Source: an uncultured Veillonellaceae bacterium
Lineage (GTDB): Bacteria > Bacillota > Negativicutes > JARBTT01
DNA length: 64,000 nucleotides
Direction of reading: 5' to 3'
NCBI GenBank assembly: GCA_963805085.1
Contig: CAWDTA010000004.1
Span: 410,233-474,232 of the forward strand
In this document: piece by piece, positions 1 through 10,664 of the stretch
Position numbering within the stretch: position 1 is the stretch's first letter
Layout of the letters: the number at the start of each line of letters is the position of its first letter
Position numbers and translations under genes: made by a program
The notes under the pieces: model-generated
Seen by the model: the letters and a program-made list of their open reading frames with translations, nothing else
Database searches by the model: none
What the model was told of the DNA's origin: nothing

Positions 1-1113
1 GCTTTGACTGTCTGCCAATGTAACAGAATTACCAGCATAATCAATCTTAAATATACCCCGTAAAAATCTGCGTTGCGGGCTATTTTTTTTAAAATCATTC
101 ATCAAAACTGCTTTCGTTGTTGTTGAAAAACACTCTTTTAATCCCATTAATCTTTTTATCAAAGGAATCGCGATTAATTGAAATGTCACCGTTGCTGCCG
201 CTGAGTTTCCTGACAAAGCAATAATAAACTTATCTTGTTTCTTTGCCACAATAATTGGTGAACCAGGTTTCAATTTTACCCTTTTAAAAATAATACCAGC
301 ATTAATTTCTAGTATTGCATCGGGAACAAGATCATAATCGCCTACAGATACACCACCTGTAGTTATTACTATATCAGAAATTTCTAATGCTGCTAATAGT
401 TTATTAACAATTTTTTCTTTATCATCAGGCACTATCCCCATCATGATCGGATTGGTTGCTAAATTTAGACAAGCTGCTCTTAAACCGTGCAAATTGCTAT
501 TGTATATCTTTCCTACTGGTAATTGTTCTGAAGGCTCTACCAGTTCATCACCGGTACTTAAAATGGCAATATCCACTTTCTTATAAACTGGCACCATAGC
601 TATCCCGACTGCCGCTAGTGCACCAACCAATGCCGGAGTTATGACATCGCCAGAATTTGCAATGACTTCATCAACAGCTACATCTTCACCAGCAAAAATG
701 ACATTGCTATCTTTTTTAAGCGGCTGAAAAACTCGGATAACGTCTCCGGTTCTTTCAATATCTTCATACTTTATCACAATATCGGCACCCTTTGGCATCG
801 GTGATCCTGTCATAAGTTTAATCGTTGTGCCTGTTACGACTTCACTTTTCGCCACATAACCTGCATGAATTTCCTCAACTACCTTAATAATTGTAGGCTC
901 AGCTGGAGTTGCCTGCTTGATATCCTCAGCTCTTAGTGCATACCCATCTAGTGGAGATTTACTAAACGGCGGCAATTGGTACGGTGCCTTTATGGGCTTA
1001 GACAAAACCCGTCCTACTGATTCTTCTAAACACACGGATTCTTCAAGTTCACTTGGTTTCGCTAACGCTAATAAAGTCTCTTGCGCCTCTTCTAATGAAA
1101 TATTAGTTTTCAT
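1..1113 (-). CDS. moeA: Molybdopterin molybdotransferase MoeA (3' end runs off window)
   Basis: Manual translation from ATG 1113 (AGGAGG RBS): MKTNISLEEAQ...PPFSKSPLDGYAL...LMTGSPMPKGAD...STGDEL...TTGGVSVGDYD, all MoeA motifs; absent from ORF track because no stop in window. Confidence 0.93.
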   Translation of the reverse strand, partial: MKTNISLEEAQETLLALAKPSELEESVCLEESVGRVLSKPIKAPYQLPPFSKSPLDGYALRAEDIKQATPAEPTIIKVVEEIHAGYVAKSEVVTGTTIKLMTGSPMPKGADIVIKYEDIERTGDVIRVFQPLKKDSNVIFAGEDVAVDEVIANSGDVITPALVGALAAVGIAMVPVYKKVDIAILSTGDELVEPSEQLPVGKIYNSNLHGLRAACLNLATNPIMMGIVPDDKEKIVNKLLAALEISDIVITTGGVSVGDYDLVPDAILEINAGIIFKRVKLKPGSPIIVAKKQDKFIIALSGNSAAATVTFQLIAIPLIKRLMGLKECFSTTTKAVLMNDFKKNSPQRRFLRGIFKIDYAGNSVTLADSQS

Positions 1114-1130
1114 GCTCTAATCCCTCCTAT

Positions 1131-2153
1131 TCACGCACCTGTGCCGAATGCACACATTGGATAATGGCATTCTTCACACTCTAAGCACAAACCACCTAAG
1201 CCTAACTTAACCACCATTGGCCGGGTAATTTTTTGTCCTGTCAAAGCCAATGGCAAGAGTAAATCAAACACCGTAGTTTTATGATACATTACACAACCTG
1301 GTAAACCTAAAATAGGAACTCTGCCAAGGTAGGCGACCATTAACATGGAGCCAGGTAAAACCGGCGCCCCATAGGTAACAATGTCAGCCCCTGATTTTTT
1401 TATTCCGCTCGGTGTCACATCATCTGGATCAACTGACATTCCACCTGTAGTTAAAATCAAATCCACCCCTTTTCCTATTAATGATTTCACTGCAGTTGCA
1501 ATTTGCTCTACATCATCATCAACAATAGTATGCGCAATGACTTCACTGCCGAATTTTTCTACTTTAGCTTTTACCACCGGACCAAATTTATCTTCAATTC
1601 GTTTATGATACACTTCACTACCTGTTGTTATCACACCAACTTTACACTGGTGAAATGGCTTAATCTGAACAACACATTTATCTTGTAACATTTGTTCAAT
1701 TGCATTAATTTTTTCTTCATCGATAACCAGTGGAATCACTCTTACACCAGCAACAATATCACCCTTTTTTACAACACGCCGCTGATTGACCGTGGCAGCA
1801 ACAATTTCTTCTATCATATTAACCTGAAATAAAAGCTCCTCATCAATCTGACATAAACCATCTTGTTCGGCAACGAGTGAGACTTTTCCTTCGTTTGGTT
1901 CAGTCAAACGAAGACTTGGTCCTACAATCGCTTTAGCCAACCTAATTCCAGCTTCATTTTCATGAATAAAGCCTTTTTTTAGTTCCCAAACGTAGAGATG
2001 TTCTTTGCCTAATTTTAAAAGTTCAGGAATATCCTTCTGCGTTACAATATGCCCTTTTTTAAAGGCTCTTCCTTTGAACTCACCAGGTACGATTTTCGTA
2101 ATATCTTGGCATAAGATACTGCCAACAGCATCTTGTACGTTAATCAACTTCAT
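1131..2153 (-). CDS. Molybdopterin-binding protein (MoeA-like, MoCF_biosynth domain, C-terminal Cys cluster)
   Basis: TTGGMSVDPDD, PVLPG and GLPGC motifs; C-terminal CLECEECHYPMC; start moved to ATG 2153 behind GAGGGG. Confidence 0.85.
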   Translation of the reverse strand: MKLINVQDAVGSILCQDITKIVPGEFKGRAFKKGHIVTQKDIPELLKLGKEHLYVWELKKGFIHENEAGIRLAKAIVGPSLRLTEPNEGKVSLVAEQDGLCQIDEELLFQVNMIEEIVAATVNQRRVVKKGDIVAGVRVIPLVIDEEKINAIEQMLQDKCVVQIKPFHQCKVGVITTGSEVYHKRIEDKFGPVVKAKVEKFGSEVIAHTIVDDDVEQIATAVKSLIGKGVDLILTTGGMSVDPDDVTPSGIKKSGADIVTYGAPVLPGSMLMVAYLGRVPILGLPGCVMYHKTTVFDLLLPLALTGQKITRPMVVKLGLGGLCLECEECHYPMCAFGTGA

Positions 2154-2190
2154 TGTTGTAGTACTTCCCCTCATAGACTAACAAATGTCT

Positions 2191-2631
2191 TTACTTTTCT
2201 ATTATAACTTCAATGCTATCACCAGATCTGATCCAACCCGACTCGAGTACTTCCGCAAAAATTCCTTCTTTAGGCATGATACAGTCACCGGTTTTTTGAC
2301 GTATCGCACAACCTATATGACACTTTTTCCCGATTTGTGTAACTTTCATGATCGTTTCGCCAATTCTCATTTTCGTACCAATCGGTAATTCGTACAATAC
2401 AATTCCTTCTGTCGTAATATTTTCAGCAAAATCACCAGATTTTAATTCATCAAGCCCCATTGACCGCATTTTATCAATACTTTCATTTCCCAACAAGCTT
2501 ACCATTCTATGCCAATCACCCGCATGAGCATCGCCTTTCAAGCCACAATTTACTTCAAAATAGCCTTGTTCAATCGTTGTCTTAGGTACCCCTTTTAGTT
2601 CACTAATATTAATTGCTACTACTTTCGCCAT
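2191..2631 (-). CDS. MOSC domain protein
   Basis: GDAHAG, FAENITT, TQIGKKCH, CIMPKEGIFA motifs. Confidence 0.88.
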   Translation of the reverse strand: MAKVVAINISELKGVPKTTIEQGYFEVNCGLKGDAHAGDWHRMVSLLGNESIDKMRSMGLDELKSGDFAENITTEGIVLYELPIGTKMRIGETIMKVTQIGKKCHIGCAIRQKTGDCIMPKEGIFAEVLESGWIRSGDSIEVIIEK

Positions 2632-2660
2632 GATATTCACGCTCCCTTATGATAGATTTA

Positions 2661-3149
2661 TTAACCTTTCCCACATTCAACCGCTGATCCAGAAATAATA
2701 CCGAGCGCATGATCTAGAACTGGCAAAATCGCTTCTAAGGATTCACGCACACCTTTAACACTCCCAGGCATGTTAATGATCAGTGTATTTTTTCTTATCC
2801 CAGCTACAGCTCTAGAAAGCATAGCTTTTGGTGTTTTAGCAAGTCCATAATAACGCATCGCTTCTGGTATGCCTGGAATCACTCTATCAATCACTTCTAA
2901 TGTCGCATCAGGAGTTACATCCCTTTTAGAAAATCCAGTTCCACCTGATGTAAGCAATAAATCTACAGCCACTTCATCACAAATATGACAGATTTCTTTC
3001 TTAATTAATTCTTTTTCATCAGGAATCAAATTGTAATAACTAACGCTATATTGCTCTCCAAGGCACTCACGGATTTGTTTACCACTTAAATCTTCTCGCT
3101 CTCCTCTGGAGCCTTTATCACTTAAAATAAGAATGCCTACATTGTACAT
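2661..3149 (-). CDS. mog: Molybdopterin adenylyltransferase Mog/MoaB
   Basis: SDKG..GEREDLSG, TSGGTGFSKRDVTPDAT, INMPGS motifs. Confidence 0.9.
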   Translation of the reverse strand: MYNVGILILSDKGSRGEREDLSGKQIRECLGEQYSVSYYNLIPDEKELIKKEICHICDEVAVDLLLTSGGTGFSKRDVTPDATLEVIDRVIPGIPEAMRYYGLAKTPKAMLSRAVAGIRKNTLIINMPGSVKGVRESLEAILPVLDHALGIISGSAVECGKG

Positions 3150-3345
3150 GCGTACCATCTCCTTACCTTTTTATTTAGTTACAAATTTTGGAAAAGAAAG
3201 CTTGTCCAGGACGCTCACTATGAGAATCCCGAACAAGCTTATCAAAAAATCTTTAAGCCTATTTTATTATACTACAATCTCAAATAATCGCGCTCAATAT
3301 TACAATAGACGAGGCCATTCAATTTGAAAATTAAGTCCAATAAAA

Positions 3346-4065
3346 TCAACCTATTTTTGTGTTCGGTTTTTCTTGATTTATACCAATTGCTTTATCCACT
3401 TCTTCACGAGTGATTTCACCTTTGGCGATCAATTCATCAATCCATTTTCCATGATGGGCACTGGCATAACGGGCATCAATATTGCCTTCTTGCATACCAC
3501 GCATGGAATCAGGGTTAACCGATGCCGCCAAATAAATATGGCCAATCGCTGCTGCAAAGCCGATGCCAGCAGCAATGCTATGTAGCGGGATCATCCAAGC
3601 AAGCGTTTCTTTGCCGATCAGTCCGTTACCAAACCAGATTACCAGACCAGAAACGACCAAAAGAAGCCAGATTATCGCCTGCAGACTTATATTCATTTTC
3701 TCGCCGCCATTATAGAAAGTCTGTTTTGGCATTCCTGATGGATGAACACCGATGAGTTCAGGTGGGAACTTCTGCATGAAAACCATATCATCTTTATCGA
3801 AACTGAGGACTTCCTTGGCCAAGGTACCAAAACCTTTGCGAGCAATCAACATGCCAATTAGAGGCGTCGCAATGAAGACGACAGCAAATACGCGGTGCAA
3901 GATCTGCAGTGTATGTGCGCCAAAGACATCATAGAGGAAACGGAACGTATCCGCATAAAGTGGCAAAGCCGTCAGAAAAAGCATTAAAAATGAAAATGCA
4001 TTCAGCCAATGACAGATGATAAAGCTTTTTTCATGACGTGGCACATATTTTTTATCAATCAACAT
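3346..4065 (-). CDS. fdnI: Formate dehydrogenase cytochrome b (gamma) subunit
   Basis: Four hydrophobic helices with heme His residues (CHW, LHR, LHS, GHIY), YNGGEK motif; follows beta subunit. Confidence 0.85.
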   Translation of the reverse strand: MLIDKKYVPRHEKSFIICHWLNAFSFLMLFLTALPLYADTFRFLYDVFGAHTLQILHRVFAVVFIATPLIGMLIARKGFGTLAKEVLSFDKDDMVFMQKFPPELIGVHPSGMPKQTFYNGGEKMNISLQAIIWLLLVVSGLVIWFGNGLIGKETLAWMIPLHSIAAGIGFAAAIGHIYLAASVNPDSMRGMQEGNIDARYASAHHGKWIDELIAKGEITREEVDKAIGINQEKPNTKIG

Positions 4066-4876
4066 GCGAATCCCCACCTTTCCCGTTTTCTTGATGTTCC
4101 TTTTGCTTTTTCGCGATGACCTTGCTCAAGGTATAAGCCCCAGCACAGCCGACAATGGCAGCAACGCCTGCGACCTTTCCAATCGGGCGGATGATATCTT
4201 TCCATAAATTCATCGCATCCGATGTCTTAGGATCATCTGGCAGACCATAAACAGAAGGTTTATCGGTCAAAATGTACGTCATATGAGTCCCGCCTACACC
4301 ATTTTTATCTACGCCATAAAGCTGAGCATTGGGAAAAGAAGCTTTAACCGCAGTTAAACGTTCTTGAGCCAAAGCGCTCATTTCTTCTTTTGTTCCAAAA
4401 TTGATTGCGCTTGCTGTACAAGTCTGTGCACAAGATGGCACCATCCCGTTATCGATACGGTCTACGCAAAGATTACATTTTGTTGATTTATGCGTTTTTT
4501 CATCAATTTTTGGCACGTCAAACGGGCAATTGATGGCGCAATAACCGCAGCCGACACATTTATCCCGATCGATCACAACAGCGCCCGTATCAGTTTTACT
4601 GATCGCATCTTCCGGGCAGCCCTTCATACAGGCAGGATTCTCGCAGTGCATGCACTGCACTTTGATCATATCCCAATGAAACTTGCCGTCTTCGACGCGT
4701 TCATTCATTTTCACCAAATTATAAGTCTTCGAGCTCAGACTCTTATGTGACTGGTATTCGCCATCGAACGGCGTATTCTCAGCCGGGAGATTTTTCCACT
4801 GTTTACAAGCTACCATACAGGCACGACAGCCGGTACATCTTGAAACATCATGCAGCATGGCCATTTCTTTTGCCAT
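4055..4876 (-). CDS. fdnH: Formate dehydrogenase Fe-S (beta) subunit
   Basis: Four 4Fe-4S motifs (CTGCRACMVAC, CMHCENPACMKGC, CVGCGYCAINC, CNLC..CAQTC) and C-terminal TM anchor. Confidence 0.92.
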   Translation of the reverse strand: MAKEMAMLHDVSRCTGCRACMVACKQWKNLPAENTPFDGEYQSHKSLSSKTYNLVKMNERVEDGKFHWDMIKVQCMHCENPACMKGCPEDAISKTDTGAVVIDRDKCVGCGYCAINCPFDVPKIDEKTHKSTKCNLCVDRIDNGMVPSCAQTCTASAINFGTKEEMSALAQERLTAVKASFPNAQLYGVDKNGVGGTHMTYILTDKPSVYGLPDDPKTSDAMNLWKDIIRPIGKVAGVAAIVGCAGAYTLSKVIAKKQKEHQENGKGGDSHVD

Positions 4877-4901
4877 GTATACCACTCCTTTATCTTTGAA
4901 A

Positions 4902-5756
4902 CTATATTAGAGAGTTACCTTTTTGCTTAAGTCCTTCTTCTTCTGCTACCATATCCAAATGAAGCGTTGTCCAGTCGGCCAGATAAATCGCTTCTTTACC
5001 TTCATTTAGGTAAGTTTTGATGTAAGACTGGCATTCATCGCATACATCTATTCGCATTTCCGGTTCTGCTTCGCTTTCGAGCAAGCGAAGTTTATTCAAA
5101 TCCTCGTTGCCACAACAAACGCAGCCGATACGCTTATAATGCCAAATCTCATGGCAATTACCGCAGACAAGGTGGCGTTCACGCCCTTGGTTCTTTTTCT
5201 TGAGCTGTGCCAATACTGGCAAAGAACCGCAAACTGGACAATAATTTCGATCCCAGTTAAGGTCTTTTTGCCATTCGTCTTTTTCCTTCTCTAATGGCAC
5301 CAATACACGCGAAACTGCAAGCCATACGATATAACTCAAAGCGTTTGCGTTCAGTTCTTTCTTTTCACAAAAACTACGAATACTATCCCCTTCTTGACAA
5401 AGGACATAACCGATCATTTCTGTTGCGGCGTTTTCAGCCAGATATCCCTCTAGCGATTGGCAAAAGCTTTTTAAGGCTTCTGGAATCTCCTCTTTTAGTA
5501 ACCCCTGAATCAGTTTGCGCATCACATTTTCAACAGGCTTGCCTAATGCTACCTGAAAATCTGCATGCTGTAACAGCGGGATTCCTTGTTTAAAATCTTC
5601 TGCATAAGCAGAAAAAGACGGCAAAGAAAATTTTTCCACATCAAGCTCAGCTAAAATCGCTTCCGCTCCTGTATGGAGCTTACCGATTTCCTGCAAAAAA
5701 GGATGTTTCTCAAGATATGCCGAGAGCAGTTCCTTTTTCCCGTTATTACTATTCAT
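4902..5756 (-). CDS. fdhE: Formate dehydrogenase accessory protein FdhE
   Basis: CPVCGS, CGNC, CVCCG, CDECQSYIK zinc-ribbon pattern. Confidence 0.92.
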   Translation of the reverse strand: MNSNNGKKELLSAYLEKHPFLQEIGKLHTGAEAILAELDVEKFSLPSFSAYAEDFKQGIPLLQHADFQVALGKPVENVMRKLIQGLLKEEIPEALKSFCQSLEGYLAENAATEMIGYVLCQEGDSIRSFCEKKELNANALSYIVWLAVSRVLVPLEKEKDEWQKDLNWDRNYCPVCGSLPVLAQLKKKNQGRERHLVCGNCHEIWHYKRIGCVCCGNEDLNKLRLLESEAEPEMRIDVCDECQSYIKTYLNEGKEAIYLADWTTLHLDMVAEEEGLKQKGNSLI

Positions 5757-5772
5757 TCTTTATCCACCTTAC

Positions 5773-8700
5773 TTATGCTTTCTTGATATTAATCAAACAA
5801 GCCTTGAATTCCTGTTCCTGAACATTCGGATCAAGCGCATCAATCGTAAGAACGTTTGTGCTCGGTCCTTTAGCCAATCCCTTGAAGCCCCAGTTATACG
5901 GCATCCAAACGATATGAGTTTCTTCACCGTTTATGGTCAATGGTTTAGCACGATTGGTAACCATAGCTTTTACTTTTACTTCGCCACGCGCGGAGCAAAC
6001 ATTCACATAGTCGCCCTGCTTAACACCAATTTTTTTCGACAATTCTATAGAAATCTCAGCAAATGGTTCTTTTACAAGCTCGTTGAGGTAAGGAATATTA
6101 CGGGTGATGGTTCCCGAGCACCAATGCTCGGCGAGACTTGATGTACAAAGTACATATGGAAATTCATCTTTGGTACCGATTCGTTGTCCATCAGGCAGAC
6201 GTGGATAGATTACGCAAGGATTGAATTGTGTTTTTTCATGTAACGAATTCTTCGCCGGGCTTTCCACTGGTTCGTAAAATTCCGGCATCGGACCGTCAAC
6301 TGGCGTGTAGGAATGATCCCTGGTCGTCATATCCGCATTGCGATCCTTGTAGGCAGCAGCAAACAAGCGGCTAAAGCCTTCACCGTTCATGCGGAACGGT
6401 TTCTGCCCGCCTGGCGTGTTCGGACTATCCTTGAGATTGGCAACATCCGGACGGTCATAACCATCCCACTGGCCTTTCGCTTCATCCCACCATACGATCT
6501 TGTTTCTTTCATCAAGTGGCTTGCCATTTTTATCGCAGGAGGCACGATTGTAAAGGATGCGGATATTATCTGGCCAGCACCAAGCATATTCTGGGAAGAT
6601 ACCCATATTGCCCTTATCTGCTTGTCCACGACGCTTCGCTTGGTTCTTATCTCCAGCAAATACGCCGGCATAGATCCAGAGGCCACTGCTGGTTGTTCCA
6701 TCGTCCTTGATCTCGGCAATCCCATTTAAGAGCTTGCCCGTTTTCAAGTCGTAGCCGTTGATTTCCCTAAGCACAGCTTCCGCCATATTTTCTTCCGGAT
6801 AATTCCAAACCAAGTCCAGAATTGCTCGATCTTTTTGTACGGTCGAATCCTTGTAAAGTTCGCGTAGCTTCTTGAACAGGCGGTCAATAATCCAAAGATC
6901 CGCTTTAGAATCGCCGACTTTATTAGGGCCCGCCATGCGCCACTGAATCATGCGCATCGAATTGATCATCGTGCCTTCGCGTTCAAGATAGGAACATGCT
7001 GGCATGAAGATAACTTCCGTATTAATCTTGGAAGCATCTGATCCCGGGCGTTCCCAAAAAGCTGCCGTTTCATTGATAAATACATCCTGCACAATCAAAG
7101 TTTCAAGATTGGATAAACCCTTGTGCGTCAAGTTCAGATTCGCCTGTGACATCATTGGGTTCTGTCCGGCAACATAGGTGCATTTCACCTTGCCTTCGAT
7201 CATTTTTTCAAACGAAATATAAAGAGAATCATTATGATGGCTGTTGCGGATTGGCAGATAGCTGAATCCGTAATCGTTTTCCTTCGTCGCTTTTTCACCG
7301 TACCAAGCCTTTAGTAGATTGACCACGAATTTAGCACGGAAAGAGCCACTTTCGTCGGACCATTCAGGCAAGGTACCAGTCGCCTGCGTCGGATAAGAAA
7401 GATACCCTGGCAGATACTGGAACATGATGCCAAAATCCGTCGATCCCTGTACATTCGGTTGCCCACGCATGGCATCAATACCTGTACCTGGCTTGCCGAC
7501 ATTGCCGAGCAAGAGTTGCAGGATCGTAAAGCAACGAATATTTTGCACACCAACCGTATGTTGCGTCATGCCAAGCGCATAAAGCATTACACAAGGTTTG
7601 GTTGTAATAAGTAATTCAGCGGCTTCTTTGATTTTTTCTGCTGGCGTACCAGTGATATTTGAAGCCATCTCAAAGGTATAACGTTTGTAATGCTCACGCA
7701 TTTTTGTGTATACGCTATCCGGATGGTTGATGTCGTCGGTCTTGATCGGTTTGCCAGCTGCATCAATCTGATAGCCCCAGCTGTGCTGATCATACGTACG
7801 TTTCTCGGCATCATAACCAGAAAACACGCCTTCTTTAAAGTCAAAATCCTTCGTAACAAGACAATACGCATTGGTATTGAGCTTAACATACTCTTCATCA
7901 TAGCGTTTATTCTCCAAAATATAGCTAATAATCGCTCCCAAAAAGGCAATATCCGTGCCTGGGCGTAACTGAATATGCTGATCAGCAATTTTCGAAGTAC
8001 GCGTGAATCTTGTATCGATATGTACAATTTTCGCTCCGCGTTCCTTAGCCCTCATAATGGCCTTCATTCCCATCGGATGACATTCGGCAACATTACTGCC
8101 TTCCACCCAGATGAGTTTTGCGTTCTGTATATCTGGCCATGGGTTGGTCATCGCCCCGCGACCAAAAGCAGCGTTCAGTGCTGGCGGCGTAGTTGCATGG
8201 CAAACACGAGTCTGGTTGTCCGTGAACACGGCCCCCACAGCACGCGTCATTTTTATCAGCGCATAGCATTCTTCGTTATTGACCTGAGAACCGCCGATGA
8301 AGCTGATCGCATCTGTACGATTTACTGCGTATTCTTTACCGTCAATCGTTTCTTTTTCAATCCAATTCTCATCACGAGCTTTTTTCATCGCTTTTGCTGA
8401 CCGCTCAATCGCTTCGTCCCAGCTGATTTCTTGCCATTTATCGCTACCAGGCGCCCGATAAAGTGGTGTCTTTGGACGCTGGTCGGAATTCGGGATATGT
8501 CCATAGCCTAAGCCTTTGCTACAAAGGCTACCTCTATTAATTGGGCTGTCTGTAGCCCCCTCTAAATTAATCAATTTTCCATCTCTCACATGACCAATGA
8601 CACTGCACCCACATGCGCAGAAATGGCATACAGAGGTAAATTCTTTAGCGCCAGTTAGTTTGAAATCCTTCGTGGCAGCTTTTACTTTAGGGATATCAAA

Positions 8701-8775
8701 TCCAAAATCTGCTAGCGCAAATCCAATACTGGCTGCCCCGGCACTTTTGATAAAATCCCTTCTGTTGATATACAT
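5773..8775 (-). CDS. fdnG: Formate dehydrogenase-N type catalytic (alpha) subunit, Tat-exported, Cys-containing
   Basis: NRRDFIK twin-arginine signal; CHFCACGC...LCSKG Fe-S motif; NQTRVCH..FGRGAMTN active-site segment; MRGQPNVQG. Confidence 0.95.
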   Translation of the reverse strand: MYINRRDFIKSAGAASIGFALADFGFDIPKVKAATKDFKLTGAKEFTSVCHFCACGCSVIGHVRDGKLINLEGATDSPINRGSLCSKGLGYGHIPNSDQRPKTPLYRAPGSDKWQEISWDEAIERSAKAMKKARDENWIEKETIDGKEYAVNRTDAISFIGGSQVNNEECYALIKMTRAVGAVFTDNQTRVCHATTPPALNAAFGRGAMTNPWPDIQNAKLIWVEGSNVAECHPMGMKAIMRAKERGAKIVHIDTRFTRTSKIADQHIQLRPGTDIAFLGAIISYILENKRYDEEYVKLNTNAYCLVTKDFDFKEGVFSGYDAEKRTYDQHSWGYQIDAAGKPIKTDDINHPDSVYTKMREHYKRYTFEMASNITGTPAEKIKEAAELLITTKPCVMLYALGMTQHTVGVQNIRCFTILQLLLGNVGKPGTGIDAMRGQPNVQGSTDFGIMFQYLPGYLSYPTQATGTLPEWSDESGSFRAKFVVNLLKAWYGEKATKENDYGFSYLPIRNSHHNDSLYISFEKMIEGKVKCTYVAGQNPMMSQANLNLTHKGLSNLETLIVQDVFINETAAFWERPGSDASKINTEVIFMPACSYLEREGTMINSMRMIQWRMAGPNKVGDSKADLWIIDRLFKKLRELYKDSTVQKDRAILDLVWNYPEENMAEAVLREINGYDLKTGKLLNGIAEIKDDGTTSSGLWIYAGVFAGDKNQAKRRGQADKGNMGIFPEYAWCWPDNIRILYNRASCDKNGKPLDERNKIVWWDEAKGQWDGYDRPDVANLKDSPNTPGGQKPFRMNGEGFSRLFAAAYKDRNADMTTRDHSYTPVDGPMPEFYEPVESPAKNSLHEKTQFNPCVIYPRLPDGQRIGTKDEFPYVLCTSSLAEHWCSGTITRNIPYLNELVKEPFAEISIELSKKIGVKQGDYVNVCSARGEVKVKAMVTNRAKPLTINGEETHIVWMPYNWGFKGLAKGPSTNVLTIDALDPNVQEQEFKACLINIKKA

Positions 8776-8925
8776 TTTTTTGCCCCCTTAAACGGAAAAT
8801 CTATATGAGTAAATTTCCTTCTGATCAATTCATAAGCCATGATTGAAAAAAGAAACATTCTCCAAACTTTATCTATATGAATAAATTATAATTATATTTA
8901 AATAAATATAATTTATTAATAACTT

Positions 8926-8943
8926 TTGTGCAATTAATCACAA
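8926..8943. promoter_or_regulatory. Rex operator-like site between divergent fdnG and fdhD
   Basis: TTGTGCAATTAATCACAA versus Rex consensus TTGTGAA-N4-TTCACAA. Confidence 0.6.
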
Positions 8944-9272
8944 TTATAATATACGTCCCCAGTGTACAGATGTCAATGAGTCTGTATACAAAAAGCTTAT
9001 AATTTTTTTGTGAATAAACATTTCATGGACACATTTTTTATGGTATATAGTAATATAAATAAAATTAATATATCTAGTGTATTTATTTAAATCAAATTTA
9101 TATGTTATAATGAATTAAAAGTCATATCGTAGAGATTTTTGTAAAATAACTTTAACAATGATAAGCTAAAAAAATCATGTTCCTGTAAAAAGGTTGCTTT
9201 ATGTTATAAATCAGGAACTTTTAGAATTTTAAAATGTGCTAATTCGCTAGAATAAAGAATAGGAGCAAGCAT

Positions 9273-10073
9273 ATGGAACAAGGAAAAATAGAAGCAATAC
9301 AAACATACGAAGTCGTTCAGTTTAAAAATAATGAATTCAGTGAATCTAAGCAAATGATATCCGAGGAAATGCCGCTTACCGTATATTTAAATGGCAAAGA
9401 AACAACAACGATGCTTTGTTCACCAGTTGATCAAAAATACTTGGTGATCGGGTTCTTGATTTCTGAAGGAATGGTTCGATCTATTGAAGATATCAAAGAA
9501 CTGATACTTAATGAAGACGACGGTTTGGTACACGTCGAGGCTGACATTATCGAAAAGGAATCGACAGAAGGATATTTACGCCGCTGCCTGACTACCTGCT
9601 GTGGACGTGGACGGGCCGGATTTTATTTTGCTAATGATCATAAAACAACAAAACATATTGATAGCAAAGCACGATTTATTGCAGCTGATATTTTAAAAAG
9701 CACAGCAACTTTACTACATGAGGCTTCAGCAACACATAGTAAAACGTATGGCGTACACAGTGGCGCTATTGTGGAGAAGGGCGAACTGATCTTGTATTCG
9801 GAAGATATTGGGCGTCATAATATTTTTGATAAATTATACGGTAAATGTTTAGAGCAAAAGATGTCAATGGAAAACAAACTGATTGTGTTCAGCGGCAGGA
9901 TTTCTTCTGAAATTCTTATTAAGGTGAGTAAAATTGGGATTCCTTGCGTTGTGGCAAAGTCAGTACCAACGACACTAGCTTTAGGGATGGCAAAAGAATT
10001 GGGCATTACAATTGTCGGACGTATGCGTCGTGATTCTTTTTGTGTTTATACACATCCAGAACGAATTGTTTAG
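9273..10073 (+). CDS. fdhD: Formate dehydrogenase sulfurtransferase FdhD
   Basis: EMPLTVYLNG, TYGVHSGA, EDIGRHN, SGRISSE motifs. Confidence 0.93.
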   Translation: MEQGKIEAIQTYEVVQFKNNEFSESKQMISEEMPLTVYLNGKETTTMLCSPVDQKYLVIGFLISEGMVRSIEDIKELILNEDDGLVHVEADIIEKESTEGYLRRCLTTCCGRGRAGFYFANDHKTTKHIDSKARFIAADILKSTATLLHEASATHSKTYGVHSGAIVEKGELILYSEDIGRHNIFDKLYGKCLEQKMSMENKLIVFSGRISSEILIKVSKIGIPCVVAKSVPTTLALGMAKELGITIVGRMRRDSFCVYTHPERIV

Positions 10074-10160
10074 AATAAAAACAAGTGTTAATTTACTATA
10101 TAAAACGATAAAGTTACTCCTAATTAATGTATACATTAAACAACATGCGAGGTGTAAAGA

Positions 10161-10646
10161 ATGAACGGATTATCACATTTTGATACAAACGGAAATGCAA
10201 TTATGGTTGATGTAAGTGAAAAAATGAGTACTAGCCGTATTGCAGTTGCCAAAGGAAAAATTGTCGTAAATAAAGAAGTGTATAAAGCGATTGCCGAAGG
10301 TACTGTAAAAAAGGGCGATGTCTTAGGTGTAGCTCGTGTAGCTGGCATCATGGCTGCAAAACAAACGAGCAGTTTAATTCCCATGTGTCATCCACTACTT
10401 ATCACGAAATGTAGTGTTGACTTTGTCCTACTACCAGACGAATCTGCTGTAGAAGCAAGTGCAACGGTAAAAGTCAATGGACAAACTGGGGTGGAGATGG
10501 AAGCATTGACAGCTGTAAGTACGGCACTTTTAACAATTTATGATATGTGCAAGGCATTAGATAAAACAATGGAAATTCAAACAATCGCTCTAGTAGAAAA
10601 AGCTGGTGGAAAAAGCGGTCATTTTGTAAATCCAAATGTTTTATAA
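10161..10646 (+). CDS. moaC: Cyclic pyranopterin monophosphate synthase MoaC
   Basis: [34 protein letters not shown]. Confidence 0.97.
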   Translation: MNGLSHFDTNGNAIMVDVSEKMSTSRIAVAKGKIVVNKEVYKAIAEGTVKKGDVLGVARVAGIMAAKQTSSLIPMCHPLLITKCSVDFVLLPDESAVEASATVKVNGQTGVEMEALTAVSTALLTIYDMCKALDKTMEIQTIALVEKAGGKSGHFVNPNVL

Positions 10647-10664
10647 AGTAAGAAGGTACGCTTG

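Noticed and set aside
8200-8202. Selenocysteine recoding in fdnG
   Set aside because: Codon is TGC (Cys) and the ORF is uninterrupted
5914-8400. Multiple overlapping ORFs of 64-146 aa within fdnG
   Set aside because: Shadow frames expected in a GC-richer gene; no RBS or motifs
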